64,000 nt of DNA. Source: Bacillus subtilis subsp. subtilis str. 168. GTDB taxonomy: Bacteria; Bacillota; Bacilli; Bacillales; Bacillaceae. How positions within the stretch are numbered: position 1 is the first letter of the stretch; each line of letters begins with the position of its first letter. Shown here in pieces: positions 8,993 through 17,497 of the stretch. The DNA is taken from positions 1,116,001-1,180,000 of the forward strand of contig NC_000964.3 in the NCBI RefSeq assembly GCF_000009045.1, written 5' to 3'. The notes beneath the pieces were generated by a model. The model was not told where the DNA came from and did not search any database. It worked only from the letters and a program-made list of their open reading frames with translations. A program made the position numbers and the translations under genes.

Positions 8993-9122
8993 CGCTTTGT
9001 TTCTATCTTTTTCAAGGCTGTAACGTAAATCAGATTTCCTCTTGAAGAATGAAATTCAAGATGTTCAGGAATTTGCACTGCTTATACGATATGTCTATTA
9101 GTATCTTTATTTTATACGTTTT

Positions 9123-10328
9123 CTACTGTGTTTTTGATGCTTTGTTTTCAAGTGAAATAGGGTCTTCTGTTTTAGTTCTCCTAATCTTTACAGAAATACC
9201 TACTAGAATGACCGCCATAGTTGTAAATATTCCCATGGTTAATAAGATCGTATCCTGGTTTAAACTCCATCCAATTAAGAAAGAGATGATCGCTCCTCCG
9301 AAACTTGCCGAGGCAATAAATAAACTTGTAACTTCGTCAACGTACTTCTGAATAATGATTGATGCTAGTGTTAAAGCAATGGGAAATATCCCCGCTATAC
9401 TTAGGCCAATCAAAAATGTACCACTCAATTGAAGTATTGGGTTACTTATATAAGAGAAGGCAATCAACAAAACAATTAAACAACTACAGCTAAAAAGAAG
9501 GTATTTGGAAAAATCAAGCCTTCTACTTACGAAACCAATCAATATTCTTCCTATGATGATCCCTACCCAGAAAAAGGAGACACTTATAAGACTAATTTGT
9601 TCATTGTCTTGGTTTATCATGATTGAAGGTAAAAAGTTGGCAAAATTTGTTTCAATTCCAGCATATAGGAAAGCGAAAAATACAAAAAAGCCTAATTGCT
9701 TTGATTTTTTTCTATCTCCTATAAAGTATTGAAATGCTCCTCCATCTGGAAAGGTCACTTGTTGGTTAGCATTCTTAGCGTACTCTCGGTTCTTAGACAA
9801 GAAAATTAACCACCCTACGAATAGGACGAATAAAAAGGTGAATATACAGTAATATGGTAAAAACCAGTTATTGATATCTATGAAGGAATTAATTAATAAT
9901 GGGAAAGATAAAGCGCCTAATCCAAAGAGAACTTCCAGCTTACTCATTTTTTCTGCATTACTTTCGAAATTAGCAATAACAAATGAACCAACTGTCGTTT
10001 CTAATGTGCCTGCTCCATATCCTAAGAGAAAAGCCATTACAATAATATAATACCAATCCTTGGTTAGAAAAAAGATACTTAACGCTACAAGCATTATTGT
10101 CAAAGCTAAAGTAAGTGTCCTAAAATGACTGTATTTCTTAATCATTAAAGGTGCGATTAATACTCCGCTTAGAAATCCGGTAAACTGGAAGAAGATTATG
10201 ACCGAAATATCATCTGTTGTCTTGTTAAAAGCCTCTAATAAAAATGGTGTCAAACTCCCTGTTGATATATGGATAATACCTACTGTAAAAAAGAAAGCAT
10301 ATCCAAATAAATATGTCCCTCTTAACAT
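9123..10328 (-). CDS. glcP: MFS glucose/mannose:H+ symporter GlcP (401 aa)
   Basis: 12-TM MFS protein downstream of ntdC; recognised sequence. Confidence 0.92.
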   Translation of the reverse strand: MLRGTYLFGYAFFFTVGIIHISTGSLTPFLLEAFNKTTDDISVIIFFQFTGFLSGVLIAPLMIKKYSHFRTLTLALTIMLVALSIFFLTKDWYYIIVMAFLLGYGAGTLETTVGSFVIANFESNAEKMSKLEVLFGLGALSFPLLINSFIDINNWFLPYYCIFTFLFVLFVGWLIFLSKNREYAKNANQQVTFPDGGAFQYFIGDRKKSKQLGFFVFFAFLYAGIETNFANFLPSIMINQDNEQISLISVSFFWVGIIIGRILIGFVSRRLDFSKYLLFSCSCLIVLLIAFSYISNPILQLSGTFLIGLSIAGIFPIALTLASIIIQKYVDEVTSLFIASASFGGAIISFLIGWSLNQDTILLTMGIFTTMAVILVGISVKIRRTKTEDPISLENKASKTQ

Positions 10329-10346
10329 TCATTACACCCCTATATG

Positions 10347-10376
10347 AAAAAGCAGGAAAGTAAATTCCTGCTTTTT
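10347..10376 (-). terminator. Intrinsic terminator between ntdC and glcP
   Basis: AAAAAGCAGGAA-AGTAAA-TTCCTGCTTTTT. Confidence 0.85.
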
Positions 10377-10399
10377 TAGTAACTTCTCTCTTTGAAATA

Positions 10400-11452
10400 C
10401 TAGTTGACTGCTGAAACAGACATGGGTTGAGAGTTGCTGTCTTTCTCAAAGAACATTTCTAATACTTCCTGAGATCTAAAACCATCACTAAAAGAAGGGA
10501 TCTCAACCCAATCATTCTGAGTTGATGCAATCCAATTGATTAACTCGCTTCTAAAAGAATCAGCCCATCCATAAAACTCGTTTGGCGGATCGTTTAATAG
10601 GCTTTGCGGTACTGGGCAGTCTACCACGTTCAAGCCATCTATGAGCTTGTAAACGTGAGGATTACCTGTGTGGTATTTAAACTCTTTTTTGTGTCCAACT
10701 ACCTCAATGCTAAAACCACAGTCTTCAGGTACAGAACACTTTGATGTGATGATATTTACAAATACCTTGTTCTTCAGCTGGCCATAAATTTCTGCATAGT
10801 CATCTACAAGTACCTGTTTATCCTCTTTTGTTTTTACATTTGTGTTCATCTTTGCCCTTACTGATTCTGTGATGAAATCACTCTCGAACAAATACCATAC
10901 CATGTCAATAAGGTGAATACCCAGATCCCCCAATGATCCACTCGTCTTCTTACTATTAGCGTCATCTCTCCAAGTAAACTTCTTACGTCTAAGTGCACTA
11001 TTTTTCTTGAAGTGTACTTTTATGGACAGTATGTTACCTAGTTCATTATTGATAATTAAGCTTTTTAAGATATTTACGTAAGATAAATATCTATAATTAA
11101 ATCCCATACTGGCTCTTACGCTCAACCTTTCAGCAGTATCTTTCATTATGCTTGCTTCTTCAAGAGAAATAGCCATAGGCTTTTCACATAATACATGCTT
11201 ATGTTTTCCTAATGCTTGCAAAGCATGTTCTTTATGGCAAAAGTTTGGTGATGCTACAATTAAACCTTCTGAGGCATCAATTAGTTCATCTACGTTTTCA
11301 AATGACTTCCCGCCGAAAGTTTTCACAAAGCTTTCCGCATTTTGTTGATTTATGTCATATACCCCTACTAACTCTGCATTTTTTATTGTAGATAAAGCAG
11401 TTGCATGCGCTCTTGCAATACCACCTGCACCTATGATGCCTATCTTCTTCAT
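10400..11452 (-). CDS. ntdC: Glucose-6-phosphate 3-dehydrogenase NtdC (Gfo/Idh/MocA family)
   Basis: GIIGAGGIA, HVLCEKP, GSLGDLGIHLID. GGAGG RBS before MKKIG. Confidence 0.95.
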   Translation of the reverse strand: MKKIGIIGAGGIARAHATALSTIKNAELVGVYDINQQNAESFVKTFGGKSFENVDELIDASEGLIVASPNFCHKEHALQALGKHKHVLCEKPMAISLEEASIMKDTAERLSVRASMGFNYRYLSYVNILKSLIINNELGNILSIKVHFKKNSALRRKKFTWRDDANSKKTSGSLGDLGIHLIDMVWYLFESDFITESVRAKMNTNVKTKEDKQVLVDDYAEIYGQLKNKVFVNIITSKCSVPEDCGFSIEVVGHKKEFKYHTGNPHVYKLIDGLNVVDCPVPQSLLNDPPNEFYGWADSFRSELINWIASTQNDWVEIPSFSDGFRSQEVLEMFFEKDSNSQPMSVSAVN

Positions 11453-11465
11453 TTTTATTTCCTCC

Positions 11466-12314
11466 TCATGATCCAATTAATTTTTTTAAGGTATTAGTAA
11501 TTCCTTTTGAGTACTCACTATCAGTTATAAGGTTGTGCAAGTTTTTGGCTTCCTGTGTTGCATTTTTTAGCAGATATCCATTCCCTACTGTCTGTAACAT
11601 ACGAACATCATTTCCACTATCCCCAAATGCGATAGCTCTTTCGGTATTTAGGTTGTATTTCTCTAACATAAACGTTACAATTTCATTCTTTCCTGTCCCT
11701 ATGGGGATAAAATCTACATCATAGCTGTCTTCTGGATCGCCTGCTAAGGGATTACACCGATTTATATTTACTGAAACGCCGTATTCTTCGCAGATTTTTT
11801 CAATAGCTAATAGGTTTTTCTTGTCGTTTATTTCATCTTGTTCCTGATAGTAGAAGTTATGCTTATACCGTGACTTTCCTAATTGGGTTTGAGGATTCAA
11901 AAGAATGTTATGATTTTCATGCAGCTGTTTCACAAGTTTTTCAACCTTTTCTTTACTAAACCCTTCATTTATGCGACTGTTCCACTTGTTATCTTGCTGA
12001 CCGAAGTTATGCTCTGAAAAGTACGTAATTTCAGTTCCAAGATCACTAGCTATAAAATGCGGAAAATATCTAAATTTTCCTCGTCCCATTTTATCGAGAA
12101 TAGATTCTATACTGCTCCCAGTAACCCATCCGATTATTAGCTCCCCATCTTTACTTTTTTGTTCTAGATAGTCTTCGAGTTCATAGATGTCTTGTTGCTT
12201 TTGTTCGTCGATTGTATGCGGAAAATACGTTTCATCAAAATCACAAAAAACAATATATTGAGGATGTTCAACCGTGGATAACGTTTTATACTCCGATTTC
12301 TTGCTTAATAACAT
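11466..12314 (-). CDS. ntdB: Kanosamine-6-phosphate phosphatase NtdB (HAD family)
   Basis: DFDET motif I; AFGDSGNDVRM motif IV. Confidence 0.95.
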   Translation of the reverse strand: MLLSKKSEYKTLSTVEHPQYIVFCDFDETYFPHTIDEQKQQDIYELEDYLEQKSKDGELIIGWVTGSSIESILDKMGRGKFRYFPHFIASDLGTEITYFSEHNFGQQDNKWNSRINEGFSKEKVEKLVKQLHENHNILLNPQTQLGKSRYKHNFYYQEQDEINDKKNLLAIEKICEEYGVSVNINRCNPLAGDPEDSYDVDFIPIGTGKNEIVTFMLEKYNLNTERAIAFGDSGNDVRMLQTVGNGYLLKNATQEAKNLHNLITDSEYSKGITNTLKKLIGS

Positions 12315-13611
12315 GAAACAGTCCCTCCATTACTCTGTCTTGTTCTTCTAAAGTAAATGACGGATATAAAGGCAAATGCAGTACCTGACTATGAGCCTTT
12401 TCCGTATGAACCAATTGGAGTCCTGCATACTTGTCCTGTACTAAAGGAGTTTTTTGCATATGAGAAAGTATTGGATAATATACATCTGTTTGAACACCAA
12501 AATCTTCATTTAATTTAGTCATGATATCTGCCCTATCTTCTGTTCTTACCTTAATAGGAAACAGATGCCATACATGATCTTCACTTAATTCTGGTAATTC
12601 AATATAGCCTTTATTCTGCAACTCTGCTAATTGGGTAATGTATCTATCCGCCAAGAACAATCTTTTGAAGTTGTTTAATGAAAGGTACTTCATTCTCTCT
12701 AAACCAATTGCTGCCTGTAAATTGTCCATTTTTGAATTAAATCCAAAATTGATGACTTTCTTATTTTTTACATTTACTTCAAAACCGTGATAACTAAATT
12801 GAATGCATTTTTTAGCGAGTTCTTCATTATCAGTTGCTATTGCCCCAGCCTTGCCACATACACCAAAATTCTTATAGGGATTAAAACTTAATGTAGTGAT
12901 GTCTGCATACTTTCCTAAGTCTGTCAGTCCAATTCCTTGGCAGGCATCTTCAATTACTTTTAATTTATAACGATTTGCGATTTGACGGATATGCTGCATG
13001 TCTGAATGTTTTCCGTATAAATGCACAGGTAGAATAAACTTTGTATAAGGAGTTATTGCTTCTTCAATTTTGTCAGGATCGATGCAGAATGTTTGTGGGT
13101 TAATATCTACATAGATAGGAACGCCTCCCGAAGCTAACACAGCATTTTCAGTAGCTGAAAAGCTATTAGCCGGCATGATAACTTCATCCCCTGGGTTTAA
13201 CCCTAAAGCCAATAAACCTATCATAATAGCATCGGTTCCACTGCTGGTTGCAATTACATACCTTTTATGTAAATATGTAGATAAAACTTTTTCGAATTGC
13301 TCTAAATAGGGACCACTCGTAAATTTTCCAGTTGGCAAAACTTCAGTTAATGTATTTAAGATATCTTCCACTTCATCATTGGTTATTAATCTGTCTACAG
13401 GCAAAAAAGGGACTTTACTGATTTCACGATTTTTTTGATAGTTGAAAAGGTCATGTTCAATATCTATCTTTTCTTTTAATACTTGTTTCCACCGCTCGTT
13501 TACAATACTGTCTTCAATAACAAGTTCTTTTCCTTGTACGTCACCTTTTAAGTGTTTTAATAGTGACATGTTTTCTTTGCTTTTACCTGAAATCTTAACC
13601 TGTTTTTGCAT
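12286..13611 (-). CDS. ntdA: 3-oxo-glucose-6-phosphate:glutamate aminotransferase NtdA (DegT/DnrJ family)
   Basis: SSGTDA, EDACQ, LSFNPYKNFG (PLP lysine). GGAGG RBS. Confidence 0.95.
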   Translation of the reverse strand: MQKQVKISGKSKENMSLLKHLKGDVQGKELVIEDSIVNERWKQVLKEKIDIEHDLFNYQKNREISKVPFLPVDRLITNDEVEDILNTLTEVLPTGKFTSGPYLEQFEKVLSTYLHKRYVIATSSGTDAIMIGLLALGLNPGDEVIMPANSFSATENAVLASGGVPIYVDINPQTFCIDPDKIEEAITPYTKFILPVHLYGKHSDMQHIRQIANRYKLKVIEDACQGIGLTDLGKYADITTLSFNPYKNFGVCGKAGAIATDNEELAKKCIQFSYHGFEVNVKNKKVINFGFNSKMDNLQAAIGLERMKYLSLNNFKRLFLADRYITQLAELQNKGYIELPELSEDHVWHLFPIKVRTEDRADIMTKLNEDFGVQTDVYYPILSHMQKTPLVQDKYAGLQLVHTEKAHSQVLHLPLYPSFTLEEQDRVMEGLFHVIKQEIGV

Positions 13612-13659
13612 GAACAGTACCTCCAATGATTTTATAATCTAAAAATTTATTACAAATTT

Positions 13660-13690
13660 ATCCTAGTTTCTGAAATCGGTAACATGTCAA
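13660..13690 (-). promoter_or_regulatory. Candidate ntdA promoter with a LacI/cre-type site in its spacer
   Basis: Minus strand TTGACA-N19-TAGGAT. Spacer contains TGAAATCGGTAACA (13671-13684). Confidence 0.6.
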
Positions 13691-13714
13691 CAACTTTTTT
13701 AAGGAAGGGAAAAT

Positions 13715-14704
13715 ATGCCTACAATTGATGAAATAGCAAAATTATGCAATGTGTCTAAAACCACAGTGTCAAGAGTATTGAATAATCATCCTTATGTGTC
13801 GAAAGAAAAAAGAGATATGATCTTAAAGGCTATTAACGAACTTGACTACACTCCCAATTATTTAGCTCGGAATTTTAGGAGAAATAAGACACAAACGATA
13901 GCTTTATCGGTTCCGAGTATCGACCATCCATTTTTTGCTCAATTAATAAAAGGGGTCTCTCATGAAGTACTGTTTAAGAATTACAAGGTAATTGTATTTC
14001 AGACCTTTTATGACAAACAGACGGAGCTAGAATTACTAGAGTTATTGAAGCATAAAGAAGTGGATGGCATTATTCTTGGGACTTTAGAAAATGAATGGGA
14101 TCAGATATCCCCTTTCTTAAAGTATGGTCCTATCTTATTATGTAATGAATATCATCACTCAGCGGACATCACGATAATTGGGTATGATGAATTTGAAGCC
14201 GCATACATGGGGGTAGTACATTTAATTGAAAGAGGGCATAAAAAAATTGGGTTTTGTTTTGATACTCCATATAGCGAAGCTCAATGTCAGAGGAAAGAGG
14301 GTTATTTGAAAGCTTTACAAGATTACAATTTACATCATAGAAGCGAATGGATATTCGGCGAAATGTTTAATATCGAGGATGGCTTTCGTGTTTTTCATAA
14401 GATAAAGGATCTAAAGGACAGACCCTCAGCAATATTTACAGGAAATGATCAAGTCGCCGCAGGGATTATTAAACAGGCGATGAAAAATGGCTTTAAAGTT
14501 CCAGAAGACTTAGCTGTAATTGGTTTTGACAACCAATTGATTTGCCAAGTCGTTACTCCGACCATAACAACAATTGATATCCCCGTAATAGAATTAGGCC
14601 AACAGGCTGTGTTGAAAATCATCGAGTCCATTTCGGGTAATGCCTCTTTAAACAGAAGAATTATTAAACTGCCAACAAAGCTTATTATAAGAGAATCAAC
14701 GTAA
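13715..14704 (+). CDS. ntdR: LacI-family activator NtdR
   Basis: TIDEIAKLCNVSKTTVSRVLN HTH plus sugar-binding domain; divergent from ntdA. Confidence 0.95.
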   Translation: MPTIDEIAKLCNVSKTTVSRVLNNHPYVSKEKRDMILKAINELDYTPNYLARNFRRNKTQTIALSVPSIDHPFFAQLIKGVSHEVLFKNYKVIVFQTFYDKQTELELLELLKHKEVDGIILGTLENEWDQISPFLKYGPILLCNEYHHSADITIIGYDEFEAAYMGVVHLIERGHKKIGFCFDTPYSEAQCQRKEGYLKALQDYNLHHRSEWIFGEMFNIEDGFRVFHKIKDLKDRPSAIFTGNDQVAAGIIKQAMKNGFKVPEDLAVIGFDNQLICQVVTPTITTIDIPVIELGQQAVLKIIESISGNASLNRRIIKLPTKLIIREST

Positions 14705-14743
14705 CGATAGATTTCCCTTTAACATTTTATATCTTTATATAAG

Positions 14744-14774
14744 AAAAAGAGGTTATTCATTTTAACCTCTTTTT
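14744..14774 (+). terminator. Terminator after ntdR
   Basis: AAAAAGAGGTTA-N7-TAACCTCTTTTT. Confidence 0.85.
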
Positions 14775-14917
14775 CAATCGTAAGTCGTCAATTATTTCTT
14801 TCATTTCACCCTCTGGCAGCACTCACTTCAAATCTGATCCATTAACAACGAAATATCCGCTTATATTTCCTCATCTCGATGGTTTGCGAATTAAAAGTTC
14901 TTGAACCCTTTTTTCAA

Positions 14918-16072
14918 CTAGGCACTACTGCCGCTGATTGAGCTCTTTTTGTCTTTTTTTTCACCATGAAGATGGTGAAGCAGGCGATAAAACGGCGGCA
15001 GCAGGGCAATAACCAGAATGACGCGAATGACCTGAACCGCAACGACAAAGGTGGAATCAGCATGTAAGGTAACTGACGTCGTCGCCATCTCTGCAATCCC
15101 GCCGGGCGCAAATGCCAGAACAGAAGTGATGAGCGAAATTCCTGTCAGCTCGGAAACGATCACGGCGCTCAAAAACATTGCTGCGATTAAACCGACGGAC
15201 GAGACAAACCCGACGATGATAATACGGGTGACGCCGGCAAACATGCTTTTGTACATCTTAGAGCCGATCGTTGCCCCGAGAAATACTTGTGATACATGGT
15301 TAGCTTGTGACAACCACCATGCCGTCATGTCGTGCCCTGTCACCGCAGCTCCGCCAACATGTACAATTGCTACACCGAGCATGCTGCCGAGCAGCCATGG
15401 AGCTGGAAATTTTAAAAATTTCGCAGCTTTGCAAGCTCCCCAGGCAGCGAGAATAAGAATGACGGTCCACAAAACGGGAGCGAGCCTAAAATCTGTCGTT
15501 GCAGAAGAAATCGTCTCTGCTGCGGCACTTGCGGTACGATCTTGTTTTGTATAGATCAGAATGACTAAAAACGGAATGGAAAGCACCACGAGCAGCACAC
15601 GCATCATTTGAACGAGGCTGACTATAGCGGTATTGGCGCCTACTTCCTGTGCGATGCTCGGCATGGCGGAAAGTCCGCCGGGAGCGGTGCCGACAAAGCT
15701 AGTCATCATATCCGTTTTGCTGAAACGCCAAAGCACATATCCTGACAGCATGGCCAGCAGGATAGACAATATCAGCATAACGCCGACTGAAAACCAATGG
15801 TCTTTGAGAACAGAGAGAACGGATAAATTCAGCTTTTGGCCCAATTCGATGCCGAGGATCATCTGCCCGAGGGCGAGCCATCGTCGGTTAATTCCTTTTT
15901 GGTCTGGTGCCATCATCAGCCATGCCGGCCGTATCATGGCGAGGCAGCAGGCGACAATCAGTGTTCCGATCATCCATCCAATTGATATTCCGGTTAATGA
16001 AAGAATAAACCCCCCGGCTGCACTGATTGCGATAAACCATAGATCTTTGAGGAGATTTTCGTCTTTCTTCAA
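14918..16072 (-). CDS. yhjN: Membrane protein of the E. coli AbrB-like (duplicated domain) family
   Basis: Two internal repeats with PGGLSAM / PGGIAEM...Q..R. TTG start after an AAGGAAGAAGG RBS. Confidence 0.85.
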   Translation of the reverse strand: MKKDENLLKDLWFIAISAAGGFILSLTGISIGWMIGTLIVACCLAMIRPAWLMMAPDQKGINRRWLALGQMILGIELGQKLNLSVLSVLKDHWFSVGVMLILSILLAMLSGYVLWRFSKTDMMTSFVGTAPGGLSAMPSIAQEVGANTAIVSLVQMMRVLLVVLSIPFLVILIYTKQDRTASAAAETISSATTDFRLAPVLWTVILILAAWGACKAAKFLKFPAPWLLGSMLGVAIVHVGGAAVTGHDMTAWWLSQANHVSQVFLGATIGSKMYKSMFAGVTRIIIVGFVSSVGLIAAMFLSAVIVSELTGISLITSVLAFAPGGIAEMATTSVTLHADSTFVVAVQVIRVILVIALLPPFYRLLHHLHGEKKDKKSSISGSSA

Positions 16073-16178
16073 TGTAAAACCCTTCTTCCTTTTTCACGTA
16101 ACACTCCAATTGTTCACGTAGTGAATGTATTTATTACTATAGTATATTTTTGTTGATAAAGAAATTATGAATTATTTT

Positions 16179-17384
16179 CTATAAGCGATTCACTTTTCTT
16201 ATGACCTTGTGTTCGAGCTTTTCTATTGTGTAAGTCAGAGATAAACCCGCTGTCAGCAGACACACGGCAAGAGCGTAAAAAATCACTTCTCCGCCAAATG
16301 ATGTCAGGATCAGCCCGCCTGCCAGCGGTCCGATTGAGCGGGATATATCCCAATGCAGACCATAGACAGCATAAAACCGGCCCAGCAAATGAGGCGGCGC
16401 CAATTTCGATATGAAGGTCTGGATGTGGGTTAGCCCGATGCTTTCACCAACCGTCATCACCGCTGCCGTCACTAAAAGCATTGTCAGAGAGGTTGAGCAT
16501 GCAAAGCCGGCTGCCGCAAGGGAGTAGCAAATATAAGTAATGAAGAGGATCGTTTTCATTGAAAGCTTTTCGGTCCCTTTGACAAGAGGTACTTGGAGAA
16601 CACAGCTGAATAAAGCTTTTGCTGCTGAATAGATGGTCAGCATGGACAGATAATCAGAAAACATGTTTTTGCTGAACAGCCTGTATGTTGTTTCTGTTTG
16701 TGCATATAACATGCTGATGGGGAGAGAAAGCAGCAAAAGAAGCAGGACAGGCCTGTATATTGTAAAGCTCGCGGACATTTTCGGGGTAACAGCTGGGTGT
16801 AGCGGCTTTGTCTCAGGCAGTTTCAGTGCAGCGATCAGAAAGTAGATAAACAATGCTGCAGCATCTAATGCGAATATCCACACGGGGTTATGATTGTACA
16901 GCAGCATCCCCACTAGCGGTCCTGCCGTCAGACCCGTCGAATAGATCGCATTGATGACCGCAAACACTTCCGAACGTCTGCTTTCCGGCGTGCTTTCAGC
17001 GATTTGGGCGCGGGAAGCGGGAATGTACAACGATCTTCCGATGCCATTCATGACATAGAGAATAGCGAAAACATACGCATGCTCAGCAAATACAAACCCT
17101 GTCATTGCCGCTGATTGAAGAAGCAATGCGGTCAAAATCGCTGTGCGCCGCCCAAGCCGATCCGTCACCCGTCCTGCAGCGAGCGTCAGGAAAATATCAG
17201 CAAATGGCTGAAGGCTGATGATCAGCATTGGCATCATGATACTGCCGTTTAATTGTTCATGCAGATACAGCACCATAAAAGGTCCCATCATTGCACCTGT
17301 CAGGCTTGTCAGCAATTCGCCGAAAAAGCGGAGCCGAACGGGAGCGGTATATCTCGATTTTATAGAGTGAAAACTGGTCAACAT
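16179..17384 (-). CDS. yhjO: MFS efflux transporter (401 aa)
   Basis: GRVTDRLGRR motif A; 12 TM. AAAGGCGG RBS before MLTSF. Confidence 0.9.
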   Translation of the reverse strand: MLTSFHSIKSRYTAPVRLRFFGELLTSLTGAMMGPFMVLYLHEQLNGSIMMPMLIISLQPFADIFLTLAAGRVTDRLGRRTAILTALLLQSAAMTGFVFAEHAYVFAILYVMNGIGRSLYIPASRAQIAESTPESRRSEVFAVINAIYSTGLTAGPLVGMLLYNHNPVWIFALDAAALFIYFLIAALKLPETKPLHPAVTPKMSASFTIYRPVLLLLLLSLPISMLYAQTETTYRLFSKNMFSDYLSMLTIYSAAKALFSCVLQVPLVKGTEKLSMKTILFITYICYSLAAAGFACSTSLTMLLVTAAVMTVGESIGLTHIQTFISKLAPPHLLGRFYAVYGLHWDISRSIGPLAGGLILTSFGGEVIFYALAVCLLTAGLSLTYTIEKLEHKVIRKVNRL

Positions 17385-17497
17385 GTGATCGCCGCCTTTC
17401 GCTGTTTGATATAGTAGTAGTGTATAGAAGGGGCGGCGGCCCAAAAAGTGAAGAAAAGAAGAGATAAAAGTTCCCCTTTTGTCGGGAGGTGCGGGGA

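Larger units (their letters stand above)
9010..14910. other. AT-rich island carrying glcP-ntdCBA-ntdR (probably horizontally acquired)
   Basis: Visibly lower GC and AT-rich codon use compared with the flanks. No integrase or clear att repeat. Boundaries approximate. Confidence 0.7.

Noticed and set aside
9007-14917. CTTTTTCAA-like repeats at both edges of the ntd island, as possible att sites or target duplications
   Set aside because: Short and low-complexity, with unequal T-run lengths; expected by chance in AT-rich DNA.
14918-16072. Reading yhjN as the transition-state regulator AbrB
   Set aside because: It is a polytopic membrane protein of the unrelated E. coli AbrB-like family.
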